Assembly: GCA_951406725.2 (NCBI GenBank)
Contig: OX597832.1
Location: 50,902,001-50,966,000 of the forward strand
Source of the DNA: Octopus vulgaris
Taxonomy: Eukaryota
Length of the DNA stretch: 64,000 bases
Reading direction: 5' to 3'
Part shown: piece by piece, positions 13,290 through 27,550 of the stretch
How the letters are laid out: each line of letters begins with the position of its first letter
Position numbering within the stretch: position 1 is the first letter of the stretch
Program-made: the position numbers and the translations under genes
The notes under the pieces: model-generated
Told to the model about the DNA's origin: nothing
What the model saw: the letters and a program-made list of their open reading frames with translations, nothing else
Databases searched by the model: none

Positions 13290-13806
13290 TAATGACTGTA
13301 CTCTAATGATGCCTCTATGAGAAATGTACTCCAATGGTACATCTATGAAAAGTGCACTCCAATGATAAAAGTGCACTTCAATAATGCATCTATGAAAAAA
13401 GTACTCCAATGCTACATCTATGAAAAGCACACTTCAATGATGCATCTGTGAAAAGTGCACTTCAATGGTGCATCTATGAAAAAAGCACTCCAGTGCTACA
13501 TCTATGAAAAGTGCACTCCAATGATAAAAGTGCACTTCAATGATGCATCTATGAAAAAAGTACTCCAATGCTACATCTATGAAAAGCACACTTCAATGAT
13601 GCATCTGTGAAAAGTGCACTTCAATGGTGCATCTATGAAAAAAGCACTCCAATGCTACATCTATGAAAAGTGCACTCCAATGATAAAAGTGCACTTCAAT
13701 GATGCATCAATGAAAAGTGCACTTCAGTGATACATCTACGAACAGTGCACTTTAATGATGCATGTTTGAAGAGTGAACTTCAATGATTTGTGTATAAAAA
13801 GTGCAC
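13290..13806. repeat. Minisatellite, 28-bp unit with 159-bp higher-order period
   Basis: Consensus aatgatgcatctatgaaaagtgcacttc; the variant block atctatgaaaagtgcactccaatgataaaagtg recurs at 13341, 13500 and 13659. Confidence 0.9.
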
Positions 13807-14598
13807 CCGTTTGATGTATCTGTTCATACACTGATAAATACTTCGATAAAATCCCCACTCGTTTGATGATTCGATGATTCAAATATGCATTTGCTTGACG
13901 TCAGATGTGATAAAGGTCAGATAGATCCTAACTTCCTCGCCTCCTGGGGCCTATTAGAAATGAGGTCGCTCAGCCTGTTAAAAATAGCAGCCAAATATCT
14001 TGCAATTCACATTCTGCTGTCTTCAAGAGGTAAAGACTCGCTGGATCATGAACTCATAAGTATATTTATACATGAAAAAACGAGAGAAAAAAGATAGAAT
14101 GATCATGTTCGGAATGCCTTTTGGTCATCCGTAGAGTAAGATAGTTGATTTTAGCGAACTGCATCTGGAAGATGCTTTCGATTCTTGGTTAAGACCTTTT
14201 ATGACGTTAACGCTTTTAAACCACGGAGACAGAATGAAGGAGAGGGGAACGGTAGAAAGAATGTGAGGAAGAGAGAAAAAGAGGGAGAGAGAGAGAGACA
14301 GACAGACAGACAAAGAGGAAAAAAAGGAGGAAGAAAAAGAGGAGGGAAGAATGAGGGATAGGGATAGAAGGAAAGAGGGAGAGGGGAATGAAAGAAAGAG
14401 AGATAAATGAAAGTCACAGGTTTTTACAGCTTTCCCACCGATTCTAATTTATTTGCAGACTTCTGTCTATCTCTGTAAGAAATCAGCGCAATACTCCTGA
14501 GAAATGAATCAAAGCCACAACGCATTAGTCAATACACTAAGTACTTACCGGATGCAGTAGACGCTGCATTCAACTGGACAATAAAAGTTTAAAACATA

Positions 14599-14992
14599 CT
14601 AGCAGCATCGCCCGGCGTTGCTCGGCTTAGTTTCGACCCTTTAGAATTGGAATTTTTGAAAAGTAAACATTTTGCATTATGTAGCTTGTTATTCTCTTTA
14701 AGTGAACATTTTTCTGGTTGAAATACACCGAAAAATGGCGACACAGCAGTCGTAAAAAAAATCGTAAAAAATAGGGATTTTCATAGAAAAAAAGCACCTT
14801 TTTGATGTAAATAATTTTTGGTCTTAACATGGTCCGATTTGAATTTTATCTTTTACGGAATGAAGAGCAAGCCTTCTTCTATCATACTCTCAATTTTGGT
14901 CAACTTGCGCTGCAGGGTCTCGGAGGAGATAGTGTTAGTTGAAGGCTACCAAACCTGCCACACACAGACAACTTCAGATTTATATATATAGA
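14599..14992 (-). mobile_element. Non-autonomous Helitron, family A ends with a different interior
   Basis: 5' TCtatatatataaa; 3' ccgagcaacgccgggcgatgctgCTAG; A/T target. Confidence 0.8.
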
Positions 14993-15273
14993 TATACGCT
15001 GATATTTGATGTATTTAAGAAGACAAAGGAGATATCGATCCGAAACTCCTCCTCCCCCATGTAGGCTACACTGACTGACTGTTTGCCTGCGATGGTAACC
15101 GTCAAGGTATCTTACGGTACACTTATTTAATATTATGTCACAGTGTTCTTATTGGCAATATCGAAATGACAATCCTTAAACTATATGTCCAACAGTTAAT
15201 TTTTCTTTTATGAAAACGACAGAAAATTTCAGTTACCTTTATCTACGCGTGTGTGCGTGCGTGTGTGCGTGCG

Positions 15274-15379
<106 letters not shown>

Positions 15380-15444
15380 CGTGCGTGCTTGTGTGTAATT
15401 GGCAATCCGCAGTTGACTTTGCAAGTATAAGGACTCTCTCTCTC

Positions 15445-15860
15445 TCTTTTACTCTTTTACTTGTTTCAGTCATTTGACTGCGGCCATGCTGGAGTACCGC
15501 CTTTAGTCGAGCAAATCGACCCCAGGAGACTTATTCTTTGTAGGCCTAGTACTTATTCTATCGGTCTCTTTTGCCGAATCGCCAGATTACGGGGACGTAA
15601 ACACACCAGCATCGGTTGTCAAGCGATGTTGGGTGGGGGGACAAACACAGACACACAAGTACACACACACACACACGCATATATATACATATATACGACG
15701 GGCTTCTTTCAGTTTCCGTCTACCAAATCCACTCACAAGGCTTTGGTCGGCCCGAGGCTATAGTAGAAGACACTTGCCCAAGGTGCCACGCAATGGGACT
15801 GAACCCGGAACCATGTGGTTGGTAAGCATGCTACTTACCACGCAGCCTCGCCTGCGCCTA
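15445..15860 (-). mobile_element. Group 2 SINE, full length with RTE-type tail
   Basis: tRNA-like head, internal microsatellite, tail ggcggtactccagcatggccgcagtcaaatgactgaaacaagtaaaagag. Confidence 0.85.
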
Positions 15861-15872
15861 TGTGTGTGTGCA

Positions 15873-15907
<35 letters not shown>

Positions 15908-16503
15908 ATTTATGATGGACTCTCCCGTCGAAGACGACGTATGGAGTGATTGCAGAGTGACGTGAGATGAAGTGTCTTGCTCAAGAACACAATGCACTAC
16001 TAAGTCCAGGAATCGAAACCACGATCTCGCGTTCGTGAGTGTACCGAGTCGCCTATACTGCTAAGCACTTTATAGGTGCGAAACCAGTGGTCACTCTATG
16101 GCCAGCCATAACTATTAACTTCCTAAAACATATTACTGCTCTAATGCTTTAGAATTTTCTTTTTCGGATATATGAACTACAGATGATGATGATGTGTGTG
16201 TGTGTGTGTGTGTGTACACATACAACGGCTTGCAGCAGAGGTTCCGTGAACTGAATTCCACTAACACAGCATTGGTCAATTCGAAGTTATACAAGAAAAA
16301 AAACACTTTGAACCCGGAACCGAAGGGAAATTCTAAAGCGCACTGCCAAGCCTACGTCTATTCATAACCACACATCTACGCCTACGTGTATGCGAGCATG
16401 CATACATATATTCATACATATGCACATACACACATACACATACGCACACATGTATGTATGTGTCTATGCATTTCATCATACATACATGCGCACATACATA
16501 TAC

Positions 16504-16568
<65 letters not shown>

Positions 16569-16737
16569 TATATATATATTAAATTAGAGATAAAACCACT
16601 ATTAGGCAAATCAAACAGTGAAAAACATAAACCAAAATATAGAAATAAAATTAATTAGTATAATATAATATGATATAATATAATATAATATATATATATA
16701 TATATATTATATACACATATATATATATATTATATTT

Positions 16738-16832
<95 letters not shown>

Positions 16833-16862
16833 CATACATACATACATACATACATACATACA

Positions 16863-16898
<36 letters not shown>

Positions 16899-17632
16899 TA
16901 CATATATACATACATACATACTTACACACACAAGAGTAATAACGAAAACTTTTGGATAGAAATTCACAAATACTTTAATGCATAGCTAAATGAACTTAAA
17001 CAATACACACACACACGAACACACACACACACATATATGTTTAATTACTGCATTGAACAACGAAAATATTTGTATTAATCACTATATTTAGGATTTTAAT
17101 GTTCTGGTGGTACAAAATCATTTTTTTTCCTTTTTAATTACACTTTCTCTTTTTAAATATTAAAGTAGTCTTAAACACAAATATCTTGACCAACCTCCAT
17201 ACCAATATCGACACGTAGGTCTTTTATATAAATCCTGCAGCCTATTGAGAAACAAGCCCACCGCGGGGGCGTTAATCCGTTATGAAGTCCATCAGTCATG
17301 AGGCTACTTAAATAGAATGTTGCAAAACTAACAAACGAACAAAAAATAACAAACAAAAATACCCAGAGATTCAAACCGCTTTGGCGTGTGTGATATAATC
17401 CGACCAAACCGAATCTGCCATTAAGGTTCGATTCCAAGTTTTTGCCATTTTACTTTTCTATGATGTTGAGAAAAATATGGACTTGCAAAACCATGCTTCC
17501 ACGCTCTAAACTCAAGAGAGCTGATCACACATTATTGGATACCCGTGATCACGAAGGCTTAAGCAATCGGTTCGATTTATCTCACAAGCCAAATCTATAT
17601 CTATCTCTGTATCCGTAGCTACATCTATATCC

Positions 17633-17720
<88 letters not shown>

Positions 17721-17728
17721 TCTATCTG

Positions 17729-17850
<122 letters not shown>

Positions 17851-18057
17851 AATCCTTCCAACAATAAAGAGGTGTTGCCATATTTTCTTCCATATCTACC
17901 ATCTTTGAAGAACACAGGGTAACATAATCATGCCGTTACCTAACAACCCTTTGAACCTCTAGTGCGAAACCGATTGGGAAGAGCGGTCGTAATGTATATA
18001 TAATACTGTACACTACGATTAATATGTGTGTGTGCATGTATGTACACATACACACAC

Positions 18058-18138
<81 letters not shown>

Positions 18139-18249
18139 ATTTAGGAATGGTCATTTTGCCAGTTTAGCCAATAAAAGCACACGCACTATATATTTGGTGT
18201 TACTTTGCTTCACCATTATTACTTTTTACATTAATCTTAATCTTATTTC

Positions 18250-18294
18250 GGCCAGAGTTCTTTCGTCACACTCCTGTGACCGCATCAGTGGTCC
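18250..18294 (-). ncRNA. Minimal hammerhead ribozyme motif (A9C variant)
   Basis: ggacca CTGATGC g gtcaca-ggag-tgtgac GAAA gaac tc tggcc. Confidence 0.6.
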
Positions 18295-18784
18295 TTTGCT
18301 TTCTTCTTTCCTATTTGTATGTCTCTCCTTACTAACGGTCAGCCATTTTGTATTTTGTATTTCTATTGTATGTGTCTTCATTTGCGCATGCGTATATCTC
18401 TATGTGTGTCTATGTTTAGTTAGTGTGTATGTGTGTGTGTGGGGGGGAAGTGTCTGTAATATTTGTATCTCCTGTTTATATACGTTCGTGTAATTTGTTT
18501 ATTTACAAACCTTGTCTCACAGGAAAACCTCTACTAAATAAATAAACAAAAATAAATAAATAAGCATAAACAAAAACAAAACCAAAAACAAATTACACGA
18601 ACGTATATAAACAGGAGATACAAATATTACAGACACTTCCCTTCCCCCCCACACACTAACTAAACATAGACACACATAGAGATATACACATGCGCAAATG
18701 AAGACACATACAATAGAAATACAAAATACAAAATGGCTAACCGTTAGTAAGGAGAGACACACAAATATGAAAGAAGAAAGCAAA

Positions 18785-18829
18785 GGACCACTGATGAGGT
18801 CACAGGAGTGTGACGAAAGAACTCTGGCC
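18785..18829 (+). ncRNA. Minimal type-I hammerhead ribozyme motif
   Basis: ggacca CTGATGA g gtcaca-ggag-tgtgac GAAA gaac tc tggcc: intact core, perfect 6-bp stem II, predicted cut after C18824. Confidence 0.75.
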
Positions 18830-18989
18830 GAAATAAGATTAAGATTAATGTAAAAAATAAATAACGCTGAAGCAAAGTAAAATCAAAAATATAGTGCGTG
18901 TGTTTTTATTGGCTAAACTGGCAAAATGACCATTCCTAAATACAACAATATCTGTTTCAACACACGATTTCACATCAAAAATCTTGCAA

Positions 18990-19050
<61 letters not shown>

Positions 19051-19141
19051 CGGCAGACGAAAACCACTATGCATTTCGCCCGACGTGCTAACCTTTCTGT
19101 CAGCTCGTCTACTAGTTTAGAGTTACTATCACCCTTCAAGA

Positions 19142-19524
19142 TCTCTCTATATATAAACGGCAGTTTGTCTGTGCGTGTTTCTGTGTGTCTGTTTGCTTGT
19201 ACCCTCACCCTGACCACGGCTTTCAACCGATTCTAATGAAACTTGACACACACATAGCCCAATGTCATAATTCAAAACTAACGCAGCGAAAATTTTGAAA
19301 AGTTCCCCCACTTCTGAAAAAAATCGATAAATTCGACATGGGGTTGAGAATCAGAAACACAAACCAAAAACTGTCTAGGGGACGCAACTCCACTTTTTTT
19401 AACTCTCAAAAAAAATTTACCATCATTTTTTCAATTTTTTTGCTATTTTTTGGCTATAACTCTCTAAAAATGCTTTATAGTTATTTCCCTTACAAACCTG
19501 AGCAACGCCGGGCGATACTGCTAG
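19142..19524 (+). mobile_element. Non-autonomous Helitron (B-like 5' end, A-type 3' end)
   Basis: TCtctctatatataaacggca start; gagcaacgccgggcgatactgCTAG end; A/T target. Confidence 0.8.
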
Positions 19525-20036
19525 TCTCCCATAAGCAGCACTGCAATCACGAGCACGCGGTTTTAGACTTTCGTTTTCATTTTGAGCAGATCTCGTACAT
19601 TAGCTAATACATCTTCTCTTTGTTCAATAATGTACAGTGTGATTTGAGGGAGATTTACAAACCTTTGTCTCACAGGAAAAAACTCTACTAAAATCTATTG
19701 CTTCTATTCTGTTTTAAAGTAGCTTGATCTGTCGTCACAGGTCAAGCAAATATCTTTCAATAAACTTCGTGAAACAAAAGAAACACCTGGCGTATTTGAG
19801 GCTTTTAACGACACTTGAAAATGGCTGAGTCATAAAACCAGGTGACTGACGGAAAATTAAACCGATATCCGTCTTGATTTATTTTCTGTCGCTAACGTAT
19901 GTAAACGTGATATTACGAGATTTGTGTATGAGGAGGCTTCTAAATATGGGATTGCAATCCCAAGTACTACGTTCGTAAACGCATGCGCGGATGCTCATAG
20001 ACATTTGCATACACACATTTGCCAATCTATTTATAG

Positions 20037-20082
<46 letters not shown>

Positions 20083-20267
20083 TAGATATATATATATATA
20101 TACGTATATATCGTCTATCTGGATGTTTAGGTGTCCCTTTTTTGTATCACCTAGCTGTTCGGATGTTTTGCGTTCTTGTCCCATTTTGTATTTCATATAT
20201 ATATATATATATGGCGGTGCCCCAGCATGGCCACAGCTCATGAGCTGAAACTAGAATCAATCAATCA

Positions 20268-20309
<42 letters not shown>

Positions 20310-20311
<2 letters not shown>

Positions 20312-20442
20312 AAATTAGAGAATGGAGAAACATACTTAAATCAGTAAAACATCAACTATCCGATGATACTCAATCCAGCAGTATATTGGATATATATTAT
20401 CCCATGGTGGGTTGAATTTTCAACCCTATCTCATTTTATAAC

Positions 20443-20445
<3 letters not shown>
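20310..20445. mobile_element. Short (TA)n-flanked interspersed element (deleted copy)
   Basis: Reverse complement of 52537-52738, which has a longer interior; both copies are bounded by (TA)n; related fragment at ~53356-53420. Confidence 0.65.
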
Positions 20446-20492
<47 letters not shown>

Positions 20493-20511
20493 TATATACA
20501 CATATATATAT

Positions 20512-20559
<48 letters not shown>

Positions 20560-20562
20560 ATC

Positions 20563-20595
<33 letters not shown>

Positions 20596-20678
20596 ATATA
20601 TATTTGGTATATATATATATATGAATGTATATATATATATATATATACACACATATATATGAATGTTTGTATGAAATT

Positions 20679-20744
<66 letters not shown>

Positions 20745-20931
20745 TGTATGTATGTATGTATGTATGTATGTATGCATGTATGTATGTACGTATGTATGCA
20801 TCTTGGTGTATTTCACCGCTTGACACGCAGTGTTCTAGTTTGCCACTCAGCAAAAAGAGGCCGATTGAATATGTACCAGACTTAGTTGATCAAATCGTCC
20901 CCAGTACATTTACACACACACAGATAAATAA

Positions 20932-20986
<55 letters not shown>

Positions 20987-21264
20987 TAGAAAGAGAGAGA
21001 AAGAGAGATGTTGTCCCCAGTTTTCTATGGAGATCATTTTTCTTGATATCTCCTTCTATGGCGTCCCAACTCGAATGGACGCTGTTTTGTTTTTTTGTTT
21101 GTTTTAGCTTTTTTGATTTTGTTGGTTGTTTTATTTTTGTCTTCTTCTTCCTCGAGTTTGGCAGAGATTTTAGGAATAAATGAATAAATGAATAACATTT
21201 ATTCATTTATTATGGAGACGATATTGCATGGATTGCTTGGAATTTGATTTATTTACTGATAACA

Positions 21265-22072
<808 letters not shown>

Positions 22073-22222
22073 TTTTGTTGTTAGAAGTAGCAGTGTGTCG
22101 ATAATCATTTATGTGCCTCTCGATTCCGAGTTTAAAATTCTGCAAGGTATGACTGTGCTTTCTGTTCTTGGGGATCGATAAAAATTATGTACCAGCCATG
22201 CATTGATATTGTTCCAGTCAAA

Positions 22223-22533
22223 TCTCTCTCTATATATACGGCAAAATGTCTGTCTGTGTGTGTGTCCTTTATACAAATCCACAAGTTTTCAGTTAGAGGG
22301 CTCGCACTTTCTATGGTCATTCAAAACCGTCCAAGGTTGGTCGTGCACATCTTTACATTTCCCCAGTCACCCCGCAAAGCCATTAAAACCTCAATAGAAG
22401 TGACTTTTTTGTGAATTTTCTATCCAAAACTCAATCAAAATGCCCGAAAGTTGAAACGCCAATTGAATGCCAGCTAGCTGTATGTGATTGGTCGGAGATT
22501 TGGACAGTACTCGCGTCCGGGTCATAGTGCTAG
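22223..22533 (+). mobile_element. Non-autonomous Helitron, family B
   Basis: TC start and ggtcatagtgCTAG end; homologous to 32417-32779 but lacks the left arm of the terminal hairpin. Confidence 0.8.
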
Positions 22534-23689
22534 TATCCTATGAACCTTCTTCGTAGTAACCACTTAGACGTAAATTAACTTAGCCTGGTGCGCCAATATT
22601 TATATAAGTATAAACGTGGATCTATATTATGGGCAACGGAGGTGTAGGTTTCGAAGTATTTGGCCGCAGATATACCCTTTCTCGTTGATTTTTAAAGAAA
22701 AATTCACGTCTGCGGGACAGCTGATCTCTGTAACTAAAAGCCATTTTTATATTTTGTCCTAGAGAACAATACAGCAGGAGTGGCTGTGTGGTAAGTAACT
22801 TGCTTACCAACCACATGGTTCCGGGTTCATTCATTCTACTAAAGCCTCGTGCCAACCAAAGCCTTGTGAGTGGATTTGGTAGACGGAAACCGAAAGAAGC
22901 CCGTCGTATATATGTATAAAGGCGGCGAGCTGGCAGAAACGTTAGCAAGCCGGACAAAATGCCTAGCGGTATTTCGTCTGCCGTTACGTTGTGAGTTCAA
23001 ATTCCGCCGAGGTCGACTTTGCTTTTCATCCTTTCGGGGGTCGATAAATTAAGTACCAGTTACGCACTGGGGTCTATGTAATACCTATGTCTGTCCTTGT
23101 TTGTCCCCTCTGTGTTTGGCCCCTTGTGGGTAATAATGAAATACGTATATATGTATATGTTTATGTATGTGTGTGTGTCTGTGTTTGTCCACCAACATCG
23201 CTTGACAACCGATGCTGGTGTGTTTACGTTCCCGTAAGCTAGCAGTTCGGTAAAAGTGACCGATAGAATAAGTACTAGGCTTACAAAGAAAAAGTCCTTG
23301 GGTCGATTTGCTCGACTAAAGGCGGTGCTCCAGCATGGCCGCAGTCAAATGACTGAAACAAGTAAAAGAGTCTGTTATGTTTGTACTTGGAAGAAATTTT
23401 GATGGGAAACATGTTCAAGATTTTCTCTTTCTGACTGAAAAAAATTCACGTCTGCTGGACAGCTGACCTCTATAATTGTGGGTCGTTCCTCTATTCTTTC
23501 CCAATCAACGATATCGAGTCACTTATATTTGTATTTGACAGAAGTTTTGATAGGAAATGTACCATCAATATTTCTGGTGTTGAAACGTAATCATGTACAC
23601 AATGTCAGGAATGTTTTCTGTATTTAATCCAAGTGCAGCCTTTCCTTTGAATAGTATTATGTAATGTTTTCGCAACAGCGTTATGCCGC

Positions 23690-24195
23690 ATGATCATTAT
23701 TGTGCGACCGTGGAATTTACTATGTTACGCTAGACTTCACAGTCCATCATAGTATTACGGAGGTCCTGTTGCTGGATGCCTGTATCCCTGGAAATTACAT
23801 TAGGGTAGGAGAGTGTGCACCCTCTGGTATCACGAGCAGATGGCTTCCAGAGGAGAAGAGTAGAAATTACCTCGTTTTCAGCTCTAAAACAATGTCCGGC
23901 AAACTGGACTCTTCTACCTTTCACAAGAGATGATACAGGTGGTAATTTCCCATATATTTGTACTTTGGTTGGATGACGTTTCCACGAGAGATTTTGACTC
24001 TCATAAGGAGGCGAGTGTAAGTTCCATCCAACCGCCTCTCAAGCTTCTTTGATAACGTCCAGGTTTCTGAGCCATATAGTAGAATTTCGTCGACTGCGGC
24101 TTTGAAGATTTTAAGTTTGAAATCTCTACTTAGATTTGATGACCAGATCTTATGCATATCATTACAGGCTGACCAGGCCATACCCTTTCTAGTAT
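23690..24195 (-). pseudogene. RTE-clade LINE ORF C-terminal fragment, 5'-truncated and frameshifted
   Basis: AWSACNDMHKIWSS..KLKIFKAAVDEILLYGSETWTLSKKLERRLDGTYTRLLMRV and RRVQFAGHCFR are RTE-type post-RT motifs. Confidence 0.9.
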
Positions 24196-24733
24196 AGAAA
24201 TGTAATAACTTGATGATATTTTAGGCAGTTCAAGGCAGAATCATTAGCACGCCGGGCGAAATGCATGACTGCAATTTCGTACGTCTTTACGTTTTGAGTT
24301 CAAATTCCGCCGAAGCCGACTTTGCCTTTCGTTCTTACCACACAGCCACTCCTGCGCCTATAGGTATATATATATATATATATACCTACCTACCTGTCTG
24401 TCTGTCCGTCTGTCTGCCTGTCTATTTATCTGTCTGTCAGCCTGTCTATTTAACTGTCTGTCTATCTATCTATTTTTCCCCTTTTTTCTTCTTTTTTTCA
24501 TTTCTCTTTTCTTTTGTTCCTTTTCCTTTTCTTCTTTTTATCTTTTTTCTTATTTTTTGTTCTTTTTTTTCTCTTTTACGATCCCTTTTGATCGAAAACC
24601 TACGCCACCCATTTTGGTTTCTTTTGTTTTTTGTTTTTTTTCATCCCCCAAAAGAAAAGCTCTAACTTGTAACTTGTCGCATCTGTGTGCAGCCCTGTGT
24701 GGCCAATAAAGAAACTTATCTATCTATCTATCC

Positions 24734-24815
<82 letters not shown>

Positions 24816-24848
24816 TTGTCTATCTATCTATCTATCTATCTATCTATA

Positions 24849-24888
<40 letters not shown>

Positions 24889-25379
24889 CTATCTATCTAT
24901 GTCTATCTATCCTATCTGTCTGTCTAATAATTATTTTCTCTTGTAACCTGCGTCCAAATGGAAATGCTTGAATTCTACCGTTGTTTGCAAGACATCAACA
25001 GCGTTCAATTTTTACTTTTAAAACAGTATTTCATTTAGGGAGCAATACCGGAACTTCAATTTCACTGTTATCATGTTCATTTTCTCCTTATTCATTTTCT
25101 TCTCTTTTTGAAAAGCCATATTTACTGTTTATTGCAAACATTAAGAAAGATTGTATTTAGGTGGGAGGGGGGGAGGTGAGAAAAAATCTACGTACTTTTA
25201 ATTCTATGGTGAACATTGAACAAAAATTATCTTCATCTTCAGTTTAATTGTAAACCGGAAAACGTATTTATTTGGAGAAATAATATTGCTGTTTTCATTG
25301 CACTATAAACATTAATTGTATTCCATCAATAGGTGCAGCCAATATTACTGTGAGATCAATATACTTCTGTATACTTCAG

Positions 25380-25453
<74 letters not shown>

Positions 25454-25630
25454 CACCAATCGATCTATCTATCTGTGTATGTGTGTGTCTGTCTACCTGT
25501 CTATCTCCCTATCTATCTGTGTATCTGTCTACCTATCTGTCTGTCTGCTGTTTGTCTATCTATCTATCTAGCCAGCTAGCTAGCTAGCAATCTGTCTATC
25601 TGTCTGTCTATATATCTATCTAACTATCTA

Positions 25631-25674
<44 letters not shown>

Positions 25675-25767
25675 GCTGTCTATATATCTGTCTGTCTAGC
25701 TATCTTTCTATCTATCTATCTATCTATCCATACACACACGTCCAACCAACTTTGGACGGTGAGCAGG

Positions 25768-25798
<31 letters not shown>

Positions 25799-26500
25799 TG
25801 TATGTATGTATGTATGTATGTATGTATGTATGTATGTATGTATGTATGTATGTATGTATGTATGTATGTATGTATGTATGTATGTATGTATGTATGTATG
25901 TATATATGTTTGTATGTATGTATGTATGTATGTATGTATGTATGCATTCCTGATGTAGCATGCATGTATATATGTACCAAGTTCATTCACAAGGCATTGA
26001 TAGGACAGTGCCTATAGTAGAAGTACCGCGTGGTGTGACTGAACCCGAAACCACGTATTTGCAAAATGACCTTCTTAACCATATATCCATGCACATATCA
26101 AGTATAAATCTGACAATAAATTTTGGTTCCCCTCATCGGTGGTTCATTAATATCTTCATTTAAGGCGGCGAGCTGGCAGAAACGTTAGCACGCCGGGCGA
26201 AATGCTTAGCGGTGTTTCGTCTGCCGCTACGTTCTGAGTTCAAATTCCGCCGAGGTCAACTTTGCCTTTCATCCTTTCGGCGCCGATTAAATAAGTACCA
26301 GTTACGCACTGGAGTCGATATAATCGACTTAATCCGTTGGTCTGTCCTTGTTTGTCCCCTCTATGTGTAGCCCCTTGTGGGCAGTAAAGAAATAGGTATT
26401 TCGTCTGTCTTTATGTTCTGAGTTCAAATTCTGCCGAGGTCGACTTTGCCTTTCATCCTTTCGGAACACTGGGGATCGATGTAATCGACTTATTCCTTCA

Positions 26501-26820
26501 GTGGAGGCACATGGCCTAGTGGTTAGAGCAGCGGACTCGTGGTCGAGGGATCGTGGGTTCGAATCTCAGACCGGGCGATGTGCGTGTTTATGGACGAAAC
26601 ACCTAAGCTCCACGCGGCTCCGGCAGAAGGTAATGGCAAAACCTCTGCTGACTCTTTTGCCACAACTTTCTCTCACTCTTTCCTACTGCATCTTGCAGCT
26701 CACCTGAGACGGACCGGCGTCCCGTCCAGGAGGGGAACCTATACGCCAAGGAAACCGGGAAACCGGGAAACCGGCCCTTATGAGCCAGGTGTGGCTCGAG
26801 AAGGAAGAAACAAACAAACT
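26501..26820 (+). mobile_element. Group 3-related SINE inserted into a group 1 SINE
   Basis: tRNA head gtggaggcacatggcctagtggttagagcag..ggttcgaatc; acttattccttc on both sides (TSD-like); host SINE tail resumes at ~26830-26875. Confidence 0.8.
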
Positions 26821-27177
26821 TATTCCTTCCCTCCCGCGTCTCGAAAATGCTGGCATTGTGCCAAAATTTGAAATCAGTTTAGATAACCAAACCAGGTTCT
26901 TTCAAAATATCGTTTAAACTCCGACCGCCACCAAACCCTTTACTCAGCTGTACTCCACCAAATAACCTTGTTTAACCAGTTCATCGGCTCTAAATTATGT
27001 AAAGAACAGCGGGTGGTGTGTTCCTGTGTTGTAAGAGCAAAACTGGCGGTTGGCGATAATAAACCTTGTGTGCAGAGGTTGAAACAGCTGAATGGATTAA
27101 ATATTTAACGTTTTTAAGTTCAAATCTGGTACGGCTGTTTCGCTGTGCTTCTGTGGTAAAGCAGTATATTCTGTGCT

Positions 27178-27550
<373 letters not shown>

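Larger units (their letters stand above)
18130..18951. mobile_element. Inverted pair of Penelope-like pseudo-LTR-type repeats in a (TA)n tract
   Basis: 18130-18500 is the reverse complement of ~18586-18951 with scattered mismatches; each arm carries a hammerhead motif; (TA)n on both sides. Confidence 0.75.

Noticed and set aside
13290-13806. CRISPR-like array
   Set aside because: Contiguous degenerate monomers without unique spacers, no cas genes, eukaryotic context.
26501-26575. tRNA genes at SINE heads
   Set aside because: A/B boxes are present, but the sequences continue into SINE bodies and lack a complete acceptor stem and terminator.
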